A DNA stretch of 64,000 nt, taken from the NCBI GenBank assembly GCA_012295275.1, contig CM022667.1, positions 372,001 through 436,000 of the forward strand. The letters are read 5' to 3'. Source of the stretch: Chrysomallon squamiferum (Eukaryota > Animalia > Mollusca). Position 1 is the stretch's first letter; each line of letters opens with the position of its first letter. This document shows, in pieces, positions 41,275 through 52,700 of the stretch. Made by a program: the position numbers and the translations under genes. The notes beneath the pieces were generated by a model, which was given only the letters and a program-made list of their open reading frames with translations, was not told where the DNA came from and ran no database searches.

Positions 41275-42902
41275 CTTTCTTTTTCCTTTTTTTTTTTTCA
41301 AACAGTAACTGACCAGGCTAAATTTTATAAGATTTGATTTCTTTTTATTAAGACTGAAACTGCCTTAAGGTAAAGTTTGTTATTTTATGTGTGTTTGTGT
41401 GTTAATTGTGTGTTAGTTGTGCAAATAAATTATTTGATTATTTGAATTAATAATAAATTTATTAAAATTTAATTTCTTCTTTATTTTATATTTCAATCTT
41501 TCCATCAAGAGATGGATTTTTTTTTTTTTTTTTTTATATCATAAATTTAATCTTTTAGAAGTATATTTGATAACAAATAATAAATTTTACTGTTATAATG
41601 ATATGAAAGCAAACTGCTTGCAGCCACTGGAAATATATTTATTAGAAAGAGGTCTGTTAAAATTCTTCCATAGGCAGAGAGACACTTACCATCATTTTTG
41701 ATAATCAGTTTGTTCCTCATTATTAAGAATAATTTTGGTATGCTTTATGAGAATAAAATGAAGTTTATATATTAGCTATCTTACTGTGTTTATTTATATT
41801 TTTTCTTTGTTTTTTATATTTCAGCATGGGTATTCCTAATGTTCAGACATGTGTTGCTGTTGCATGGAATGCTTGGAGGTAATTATAGAATACATGGGTT
41901 GGATTGGGAAATTAATTTTTCATGTAAAAGAAGCTGTTGTAGAGTTCTGAAGTCTAATCATTTAAAAACTCCCACACTGTATGTGTAATGTTAAAATAAA
42001 GTCAGTGGTTTACAATATTTATGCAGTATTGAATTAATACTTAATTGTACAGGTATTGTTCTACATTTGTTTTTCGGACAATAAGCAATCCACATCAGAT
42101 ATGTCATGCAAATATTGAACCATCATGATTTTAAGAATTTACATGTGTAATTTTGCAGTTTTCTGTCAAACTGATTGATTGATCAACAAAATTAAATTAT
42201 GTAATTACTAAATTACATAAACATTGAATTTTCATTGCTGATTTTTTATGGACCAAAAATACAGCAATATTTTAATAAAAAATCTATATCATGATACTTT
42301 TTGTATTGAGAAAAGACTCATAGTATAACCATATTTTAATATAGATCTCTATCATGACATGTATTGCACTGAATAGGACTGATAATGCAGCTGTTTTTTT
42401 AATATAGACCTGTATCATGAAGCTTATTGCATTGAGAAGTGAGTCAACAATACAACTATATTCTGGTACATGTCTGTCTCATGATAATAACTGAATTGAG
42501 AAGCAGAATCATAGTCATGTTATATTGTCAGCCTGTTGTAATGTTACAGTGAATTTTTCTTTTGATGAAACTGACAGAGAAAAAGAAACTTCTCCTGACA
42601 TGTCTATGAACAGTGTTCCATTGTCTCAGCTTCTTCATGAGATGGGAGCCCTTGAGGAGTCTTCACCACAACAAGATGGTAGGTTTTGTGTTGATACACT
42701 GACACAAGTATATCATTTCATAATATATAATAATATCAGTTATGTTAGGATGTACATTATTCTGTGCTCTCTTGTCATTGGGGGATATTTTTAAAAGACA
42801 TTTTTTTTTTAGTTTCAGTTGTATTGATAAACAAAGATAGATTGATGATCTCTGATGACTTGGAAAATGTTTTGTTCTTAGTTTTGTCTAGTCACTGATG
42901 AC

Positions 42903-42942
<40 letters not shown>

Positions 42943-43175
42943 TATTTAGTGTCTGTTCAACTTTTACCCTTATCCTGAATATAAAATTCCATAATTATAA
43001 AGTGTTAAATAATATTTCTTTAAATGTTTTTTATTCTCTCCTTAGAAAAAAAATCAGCATAAAAAATCTCCCAAAACCATTAAAAATCACCACTACCAAC
43101 CCAAAACCCTTATTTTTCCTGAGGCACTACTCTTTCATATTATTATTATTATTTTTTAACTATGAATTAATAGCT

Positions 43176-43214
<39 letters not shown>

Positions 43215-43476
43215 ATGCATGTGTGTGTATATTTCTATATATTTTGCCTTACCATCTTATAATTATCTTACATTATTACCTTGCAAGGAGAAAAAAAAAT
43301 AAGGTATCCTGTTCTCAATTTTTATTTCAGACAATGTACAGTCCACATCAGAACAGCCAGAAAATGAAATAACAGATTTAACAAGGAATGGTTTATCTGT
43401 TTTTGATTTTCTGATACTGGATGAGGAAATGGACATACTTAATTCTATTGAAGGTAGCTTTTTATTTTTTTTTCAG

Positions 43477-43516
<40 letters not shown>

Positions 43517-45291
43517 GAAGAAGCATTAGATTATATTGATAATGTTTTTTTTTTTTCTTTCAGATTATTTTATAAAATAAAAATGTTATGTATATTTTTT
43601 TTATCATCAGGGACGTTTTGATCAGTAACACTTCAGCTCTGTTTAGCCAGCCAATGACAAACTACTATATTGTTGATATTTTTCTTTTCTCCCATTTTAA
43701 GAATGGAAAGATGACTACCAACCTCCACCATCAGCAGCATCAACCATCAGCACACCACCATCAACCATCAACACATTACAGGCTGCTTCTGAACTCTTCC
43801 AGGGACCTACACTGATGGATGATGCAAAAGGTGTGAAAGGTTCATCTGTTACAGGAGGGCCACAGAAATTTGTTGTTGTTGCAGATGTTCATCAGAATGC
43901 TGAATTCACTGATTCTGAAAGTGGTGATAAAATGCATCAGGTGAGGTCTTTGGTTTAAATTTAGACAATAATGTGCTGGCAGTCACTGTTGACAAAAAAC
44001 AACAGATAAAATCTATGTGTTTTGTTGTGTAAGTTTCATTGTAGCTCAGACTTTTACCTTGGGGTTAAAATTATTTTTGTAAAAATAAAAAAAGATATTC
44101 TGATCTCTGACAGTTCTTGTAACACAAATGACAGAAAATAATGACATCGGTAAGGGAAACATTTTCTCATTTTATGTTCTTAACAATGCCATAAAATGAT
44201 TGCTTTCATTATTTTCACAGTCACATAGCAGCAAAAAGAGTGATGAAGAGGAATCAATTAATTTTACTTGTTTCCTACCATCAGAACCATTTCCTGCAGT
44301 TAGTGTTGATCATAAAAATGATTCAGTTAATGTTTGCAATACAGATATTACTTCAAACAGACTCGGTGAGAAGGTGGAAGGTTCTAATGTTCAAGTCTGC
44401 AAGGTTTCATCTAAAAGTAAGACAGAATCAGAAAGAAGCCCCAGAAGAAAAGACATGTTTAATGTAATCTCTTCAGAGGGCTCAAGGCAAGAAATTGTTG
44501 ACTTGACAGGTGACTCTCAACCAGCATCACAACCTATTGATTTAACAGTTGACACACCATCACCACAGCAGCAGACTCAGAATAATGATTCAGCATCCAT
44601 TTCTTGTAATTTAACTGTGGATCCTCCATCTTTAAAAATCATTTCCACATCATCTGAAGTTAAGAACAGATTAGATGTGACAGAAAAGTTGAAATTAATT
44701 TCACAGAAAACTGTTTCAACTGAACCACTTGTGTCTTGTAGTACAGACGTGAAGGAAAAGTCAAGATGTGATTCAGATAAAAACATAGACTTGGAAAACA
44801 CTCTTCAGTCTCGTGTTGAAGAACCTGTTGTTCCTCATTACCAAGTGTCAGAGTTACAAGGAGATACTCAGTCCTTTGAGCCTCAGTTACATAATTCTGA
44901 AGATGCTGATGTAGTTGTTATTCAGGAGAGTCACAGTGGCTCAACTCAGCCATTTTCACCACACTTGGTCAAAATGGTACCTGATTCATCTCAAAGCACT
45001 CAGGAACACGACAGTTCTGAAGTTAATTCATCACCTGAGTTGTACAGTCAGTCAGTCCTCTCACAGAACGATACATCCATCTGCGAATCCACTCAGATAA
45101 GGGTGGGCAGTCACTTGAGACCTGAGTTGCATTTATCTCCCATTAAATTATGTCATGGTGGAAGCAGTTATTTGAAAGTAAAGGCAAAATCCCAGCATGT
45201 TGGTGTTGGTGTTCCAAATCTGGCTTCAGATGGTGTTTGTGTGGTGAATGAAAATGTTTCTGAAACTGATGCACAAAAAATCAACATTTAG
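38708..45291 (+). CDS. ACD: Shelterin subunit TPP1 (ACD, Est3-like OB fold) homolog, N-terminal reading frame; 661 aa to the TAG at 45289-45291
   Basis: Exons join(38708..38818,39996..40105,40499..40586,41002..41090,41825..41878,42578..42678,43331..43453,43702..43940,44221..45291), phases 0,2,0,2,2,1,1,0 all consistent; in-frame TAA upstream at 38672. Blocks versus recalled human TPP1: LCKEWIIKFILGS~LRPWIRELILGS; ISDGNVFIKAIFTADAI~VSDGTHSVRCLVTREAL; ALLLLRQY~RLLLLQDC; EFSVLVDEFVL~EFYLQVDRFSL; VPLSQLLHEM~LSLSQLLDEM; FLILDEEMDILNSI~LCISENDQLILSSL. Confidence 0.88.
41222..41273. repeat. (ATT)n microsatellite in ACD intron 4
   Basis: Read directly from the sequence. Confidence 0.95.
42260..42515. 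repeat. Degenerate ~63-bp minisatellite, ~4 copies, ACD intron 5
   Basis: TCATGA anchors at 42289, 42352, 42415, 42479, each followed by an attgagaa-like motif. Confidence 0.75.
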
Positions 45292-46025
45292 CTCGTTTGG
45301 CTGTTCCTGCTGGTGTTGTATTTTCTGGGTCTCACTCCATAGTTGCTGAATCTGACAGTACGACAGAAAATACAGGACACAAAAGGCAAGGGGCATGCAA
45401 GAGTGGTGGAACTGCATTGCAAAAGAACAGCTCTTCTCATGTGTTAAAAAGAAAACATCAGGATTTGGATGATGACAGTTCAGCTCCAGAAAACATTACT
45501 GATAGAAAGGGAAAGGATATCTGTATCCACAACTTAATCAAATTATTTCTGGATAAAAACTTATGTGATGCTGATTATCAGAAAAACATGGACATTGCTG
45601 CAAAGAATTTTTCTGATTTTCGCTTGAGTGAAAATGTTATTGGTAAAATAGCTAAAGTATTCAGCAAAAACAAAATACAAGACTCTCCTTCCTCATGTGA
45701 ACTGAGCAGTTCAAACAAACTTGCTGAATCTGAGAAAACACCACACACTAACAAATGTAGAGATTCAGTTCTGCCGAAACAGCAGAAATCTAAAAAGATG
45801 AAAGAGGGTTGTGATACACCTCTGGCTAGTACAAGCAGTTTGTCAAAAGAGACAAGCATCAGACCAAGTGTGTCGCAGTTTGAACCGACACTTTCAGTAA
45901 AACCGATAAAGAGCCATGGCAAGAATGTGAAAATAAGTGCTAAACAAAGAAAGAAAAATCCAGACAAGGAAAGAAGATGTTTTGGTAATATATTCACTTC
46001 AGACTCTCCTTCAGGTCTGATGTAG
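45270..46025 (+). CDS. ACD: Probable C-terminal part of TPP1/ACD in the -1 frame (TIN2-binding-like motif plus basic tail); ~906 aa protein if joined
   Basis: Frame is open from 45270 (after TGA 45267-45269) to TAG 46025, with the same Ser/Lys-rich composition as the upstream frame and no early ATG of its own. Contains YQKNMDIAAKNFSDFRLSENVIGKIAKVF (45576-45662), which aligns without gaps to recalled human [29 protein letters not shown]. One extra A in the run at 45275-45280 fuses the frames. Confidence 0.7.
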   Translation, partial: CTKNQHLARLAVPAGVVFSGSHSIVAESDSTTENTGHKRQGACKSGGTALQKNSSSHVLKRKHQDLDDDSSAPENITDRKGKDICIHNLIKLFLDKNLCDADYQKNMDIAAKNFSDFRLSENVIGKIAKVFSKNKIQDSPSSCELSSSNKLAESEKTPHTNKCRDSVLPKQQKSKKMKEGCDTPLASTSSLSKETSIRPSVSQFEPTLSVKPIKSHGKNVKISAKQRKKNPDKERRCFGNIFTSDSPSGLM

Positions 46026-46162
46026 GTTTAAAAATTGAAACATTCAAATACATAACGTGTGCGTGTGTGTTGTGCATTTGTATATATTATATACCTAAGT
46101 GATAGCATTATCCACCTCAGCTGGTTTTAATTGTTATCACTTTAATTTTATTCACATTATGT

Positions 46163-46233
46163 ATATTCCCAGTTCGGTGTTTGACAGTCTCTGAATCATA
46201 TTCCCAGTTTGGTGTTTGACAGTCTCTGCATCA
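46163..46233. repeat. Tandem duplication 2 x 35 bp
   Basis: atattcccagtt.ggtgtttgacagtctctg.atc at 46163 and 46198. Confidence 0.9.
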
Positions 46234-46431
46234 CACTATTATTTATATGTTTATTAATTATGATCAGATAATTGTTTACAGAGTGTTGTATACAATTCAT
46301 TGGCTAAAGTTGCAGTGATGGTTTCCAAACAATGCAGACTGTTTCTTATTGACAGCAAAATGATAATGAATTGATAAATTACCTAAATCATTTTCTACAT
46401 GTATTAAAAGGTGCAACAAATGTATAGTCTT

Positions 46432-46579
46432 ATTTTGGTGATACACTTCATTGATGTGACCTTTAGTATTGTGTCTCTCCACTTAATTTACTTCTTGATA
46501 TGATTTTGGTGATGCACTTCATTGATGGGATCTTTAGTATTGTCTCACCGCTTATATATTTCTTCATATGATTTTGGTC
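46432..46579. repeat. Tandem duplication ~2 x 70 bp
   Basis: attttggtgat.cacttcattgatg...ctttagtattgt at 46432 and 46503; a third start at 46571. Confidence 0.85.
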
Positions 46580-46769
46580 AAAAAATTATATGGAACTTTC
46601 AAACTTTTTTTTTTTTTTCTTTATATCCTTAAAAAAAGAGAGAAGATATGACTGGTGTCTCTTTTACTATTTGATCTGACTTGGGTTGAAACTTTAGAAA
46701 TCTTTTTTTTATTATAGCATTTATTTGTTACAATTTGTATACAATTTTAAACAGCTTCATTACTTCTTT

Positions 46770-49700
46770 TTTCCTTTAGTTTATTTCCCAGAAGCAAGAA
46801 ACCATCGGTTTTGTTCTTTAGATAGCTAATGTTTGGTCTTGTTATAATAGAAAGGGCAAAAATCATTAATATGATAGTCCTGTATTTGGCTGGAAATCTG
46901 ATTATTATGTACATGGATACATTTTATTAGTGCTGACATTCTCAAATTAATTTACCTATCAAATTATGTTGCAAGCATACAATATTGCCAAAAGTTAAAT
47001 CTTGATGAAGTATTTAGCAAAGAACAATTATTAATATTAAAATGAAAAGGAAAGAAAAAATATGTTGAGTCAAAGTTCAGGAGAGTGTTTCACTTTACTT
47101 CAAATTTTTTTCTTTACTTTTTTATTTTTATTTATTTCTTTTTTCCCCTGCATAACTTGTCTTTTCATTGCAATGAAAGTATATATCTTTAACAAGTTTT
47201 ATGAAACTGATTTTTTATATCTTCCACAGATATTAATAGAGTTGGGAACTGATTTCAACATAAAAGGAACGGATACATTTTTTTACAAATGCCTCTGATC
47301 GGTAAAAGGTTTATTGTAAAAAAAAATTCATGTTCCAGAATTTTTTGTGTCACTGTTTTCATAGTTAAAGTTTGTGAATTAATTTTATTTCCCAGTTCCT
47401 CTCTTCAACAGTTTTCTAATTTATTGTAAACTGATTGAAGTATTTGGTTCAAAACAGATCAAAGAAACGTCAAATCATTTAATTTCATTTTCTTCTTCTG
47501 ACTTTTACAGATTAATATGCCACTGATGTTACAATTAAATTCCATTGTCACTGTGGCTCTTCTATAATAGATATATTGCAAAATAAAGTGTGTGGTTCTT
47601 TTCCTTATGTTAATGTGAGTAAAACTGGAAGGTCTTGCATATATTGTTTGACTCTCTAGTTGAAACAATGGCGTCTATCTGTAATCATTTTATGTAATAT
47701 ATATATATATATATATATAATTTTTAATTTTTAATATATCTGTTTTTTTAAACAGATTTGCACATAATCTCTTTTCATATGATAAGCTTTAAATCTTACT
47801 GATTTCGACTATTGAACAATAACCTTGCAATATATTTATTTCCAGTGACTTTTTATATAAATTCAGATAGGATTGCTTGAACTAAGTTTTGAATGATTAT
47901 TCATTGATTCACCATTGGAATAAAAACATGTATATTTTATCAAATTTCAAATATAAGTAAAACATTGGTTGTTCAAAAATCATAAACATTAAGTATATTT
48001 CTATTCAGTCACTGTTGTTTCTTTTAAAGCATATATAGACATCTAAATGACCTTAAACAAATACCAGCACGGGAATTCTTCATTATAATAAAAATATACA
48101 TCTTTTATCAAGTTTTAAATGTAAGTAAAATGTGAATTATTAGAAAATCATAAACATAAAATTGTTTTTCTTTTTCATTTATACTTATTCCTTATCTAAG
48201 GGCAAACTTGATCATCTAATGAATTTTCCATTAGAAAGAATCAACAGTCTGTGCATCTTGATTGTAATACAAATACAAATCTTTTATCAAGCTTTAAATC
48301 TGAGTGAGATGATAGGATAAATCAAAACTACTGACTCATTTTACTGCTTCTTATCTCATCTTTACATGTGCAGATCTACATTTCTCTTTATTTAATGATA
48401 TAAAGTGAAATAATTTGTTGGAATTTTTATTTATTAATTTTTGTATCACATCCCAAGTTTTATCTCAGTGTAAAACATGAATCATTGAAAAATCATAAAC
48501 CATCAATGTGTATTTTTTCAGTTCTGGTTTTTGAAACCAAATGTAGTAATCTAGATGATTTCCCTCCATTCAACAGAATCCTAACAGCAGTAGTAGGCCT
48601 TTTCATTGCAATAAAAAGTATGTATGCTTTTGTTATTCAGTTAAATGCTTTCTGTTTGTAACAGAAATTCACATCTACTGCGGTGTGTGTGCATATTAGT
48701 AGTTTATTTAATTAGTAATTCTGAGATAACCGTTTTAAAGCTTTATCAGTAATATTTTGTCTCCATATTCTTTTTCATGAAATTTCAGAAAACCAAGCAC
48801 TCACTAAGTCAAACAATTGATATGCTCCGAAGGATTTTCATTTTAGAGAAGTTTCTTCATATTTTCTAGCAGTTTTATCAAGGTGAATGTCATCTGTAAA
48901 TGTCATATTTTTCATATGTAGATAGTCAAATATACTATTATTTTTTGTATTAGTATTTATTTTATTTTTTCCCCTTTTTCTCAGAGAATTATGAAACAAT
49001 TGATTTTGTTCTGCAGATAGCTGATGTTTGGTCTTGTTATAAAAGAAAGGATAAAAATAATTTAATATGATTTTCCTGTATATACATTCTTCTGGTCCAT
49101 TTTTCTAAATAGATAAATTGTGTTAATTCTGCTCTTCTGTAATAGATTTTTTGGTAAAATTATTGAAATATGTGGTCCTAAATTCTTCATCAAACCTGTG
49201 ACATTATTTCAAATCAAACATAGTGATCTAAATTACTTTTCTATTCAGAACAGAAAAGTATTAACCCTTTCAGATCGCTTCTTATTGCAAGTATTTATCA
49301 GGTTTTAAAACTAAATAGTTTATAAATATCATTTTATTTCTTAGTTCTTTTTCCTGTAATAGATTTACAATTTATTGCAAAATGGTTGTAGCATGGTGTC
49401 CTAAAAAGTTCCACAAAACATGCAAAATGATTTCATTTGATTTTCCTCTGTTGATTTTTGTAGATTATTGTGTCACTAATTTTGATATTTATGAAGATGA
49501 ATGTGATGGCACTGATTTTGATATAGACATGCTGTATATTGTCTGTAATAGATTTATTGTAAAATGATTGAAGTTTGTGGTTCTTTGATTTAAACTAATG
49601 TGAATAAAACTGGTAGGTTTCAGCTGCTTCAATTACATCCTCTGATATTCTTGCCCATGCTATTGCTCCAGTCTGTAATCTTCATTACTGTTGTTGTTTT

Positions 49701-52700
49701 GTTTTATTACTGTTTTTAATTATTTTTTTTTATTATTGTTTTTTTGTTTATTAATTTTATAAAATATATATCTTCCAACAAAACATACAGTATTATTTAT
49801 TTTAATATTCTTTCATTAATATTTATAGATGGTTGTTGCACTGGTTTCAACATTAGAGGACATTGATCATTTTTTGTTTTTACCGAGTTGCTCTTCTGTT
49901 ATAGATTTATTGTGAAATAAAGTTGATTGTCCTAACACTGTCTCAGATCATGTAATTTGATATTCCTCTATTTATTCAAAATCCGATTTCTGTGTCACTT
50001 TTTGTAGCATGTTGTCCTAAAAGTTCAACAAAACAGTTTATGAATATCATTTTATTTCTTAGTTCTTTTTTCTGTAATAGATTTATAATTTATTGCAAAA
50101 TGTTTGTAACAGAAATTCAGATGTACTGGGGTGGTGAATGTTAGTAGTTTATTTAATTAGTAATTCTGAGATAACCGTTTTAAAGCTTTATCAGTAACAT
50201 TTTGTCTCCATATTCTTTTTCATGAAACTTCAGAAAACCAAGCACTGACTAACTCAAACAATTGATATGCTCCGAAGGATTTTCATTTTAGAGAAGTTTC
50301 TCTATATTTTCTAGCAGTTTTATCAAGGTGAATGTCATCTGTAAATGTCATATATTTCATATGTAGAAACTCAAATATACTATTATTTTTTGTATTACTA
50401 TTTATTTTATTTTTTCCCCTTTATATCCGAGAATTATGAAACAATGATGTTGTTCTACAGATAGCTGAAGTTTGGTCTTGTTATAAAAGAAAGGACAAAA
50501 ACAATTTAATATTATGTTCCTGAATATATGATCTTCAGATCCACATTTATAAATTGTGTTAGTTCTGCTCTTCTGTAAGAGATTTTTTGGTAAAATTATT
50601 GAAATATGTGGTCCTAAATTCTTTGTCAAACCTGTGATATTATTTCAGTGTTTGATATTCAAATCAAACATAGTGATCTAGATTACTTTTCCATTTAGAA
50701 CAGAAAAGTATTAACCCTTTCAGATGGCTTCTTATTGCAAGTATTTATCAGGTTTTAAAACTAAATTGTTTATAAATATCTTTTTATTTCTTAGGTCTTT
50801 TTTCTGTAATAGATTTATAATTTATTGGAAACTGATTGTTGCATTTTGTCCTAATATGTTCAACAAAACATGCAAAATGATTTCATTTGATTTTCCTCTG
50901 TTGAATTTTGTAGATTATTGTGGAACTAATTTTGATATTTATGAAGATGAATGTGATGGCACTGATTTTGATATTATAGACATGGCTTAAATATTGTCAA
51001 ATCTGGTTGTCTGTTAAAGATTTATTGTAAAATGATTCAAGTATGTAGTTCTTTTACTGATATTACAAATATTTATCAGGTTTTAAAACTAAATAGTTTA
51101 TAAATTCATTTTATTTCATAACCCTCTTTTCTGTAATAGATTTATAATTTATTGGAAACTGATTGTTGCATTTTGTCCTAAAATGTTCAACAAAAGATGC
51201 AAAATGATGGTACTGATTTTGATATCATAGACATGGCTGTATATTGTCTGTAATAGATTTATTCTAAAATCATTGAAGTGCATGGTTCTTTCACTTAAAC
51301 TGATGTGAGTAAAACTGGTAGGTTTCAGCTGCTCCTATTACATCCTCTGATATTCTAGCCCAAGCAATGGTTCCTGTCTGTAATCTTCATTACTGTTCTT
51401 GGTTTTTTTTTTTTTTTTTTTTTTTCAATTTAATAAAATATATATCTTCCAATTAACATACAATATTCTTTCATTAATATTTATAGATGGTTGTTGCACT
51501 GGTTTCAACATTACAGGACATGGATCATTTTTTGTTTTTACCGAGTTGCTCTTCTGTTATAGATTTATTGTGAAATAAAGTTGATTGTCCTAACACTGTC
51601 TCAGATCATGTAATTTGATATTCCTCTATTGATTCAAAAACCGATTTCTGTGTCACTTTTTGTAGCATGTTGTCCTAAAAGTTCAAGAAAACAGTTTATG
51701 AATATCATTTTATTTCCTTGTTCTTTTTTCTGTAATAGATTTATAATTTATTGCAAAATGTTTGTAGCAGAAATTCACATGAACTGGGGTGGTGAATGTT
51801 AGTAGTTTATTTAATTAGTAATTCTGAGATAACCGTTTTAAAGCTTTATCAGTAACATTTTGTCTCCATATTCTTTTTCATGAAACTTCAGAAAACCAAG
51901 CACTCACTAACTCAAACAATTGATATGCTCCCAAGAATTTTCATTTTAGAGAAGTTTCTCCATATTTTCTAGCAGTTTTATCAAGGTGAATGTCATCTGT
52001 AAATGTCATATTTTTCATATGTAGATAGTCAAATATACTATTATTTTTTGTATTACTATTTATTTTATTTTTTCCCCTTTTTCTCAGAGAATTATGAAAC
52101 AATTGATTTTGTTCTGCAGATAGCTGATGTTTGGTCTTGTTATAAAAGAAAGGATAAAAATAATTTAATATGATTTTCCTGTATATACATTCTTCTGGTC
52201 CATTTTTCTAAATAGATAAATTGTGTTAATTCTGCTCTTCTGTAATAGATTTTTTGGTAAAATTATTGAAATATGTGGTCCTAAATTCTTCATCAAACCT
52301 GTGACATTATTTCAAATCAAACAGTGATCTAAATTACTTTTCTATTCAGAACAGAAAAGTATTAACCCTTTCAGATCGCTTCTTATTGCAAGTATTTATC
52401 AGGTTTTAAAACTAAATAGTTTATAAATTCATTTTATTCATAACCCTCTTTTCTGTAATAGATTTATAATTTATTGGAAAATGATTGTTGCATTTGGTCC
52501 TGAAAAGTTCGACCAAACATGCAAAATTATTTCATTTGATTTTCCTCTTTTGATTTTTGTAGATTATTGTGTCACTAATTTTGATATTTATGAAGATGAA
52601 TGTGATGGCACTGATTTTGATATAGACATGGTTGTATATTGTCTGTAATAGATTTATTGTAAAATGATTGAAGTTCGTGGTTCTTTGATTTAAACTAATG

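Noticed and set aside
45233-45291. 59-nt GT-AG intron that would remove the TAG and restore the TPP1 frame
   Set aside because: Frame-compatible, but the donor is weak (GTGTTT), there is no pyrimidine tract, and it is shorter than any intron modelled here (minimum 102 nt). Not fully excluded without RNA data.
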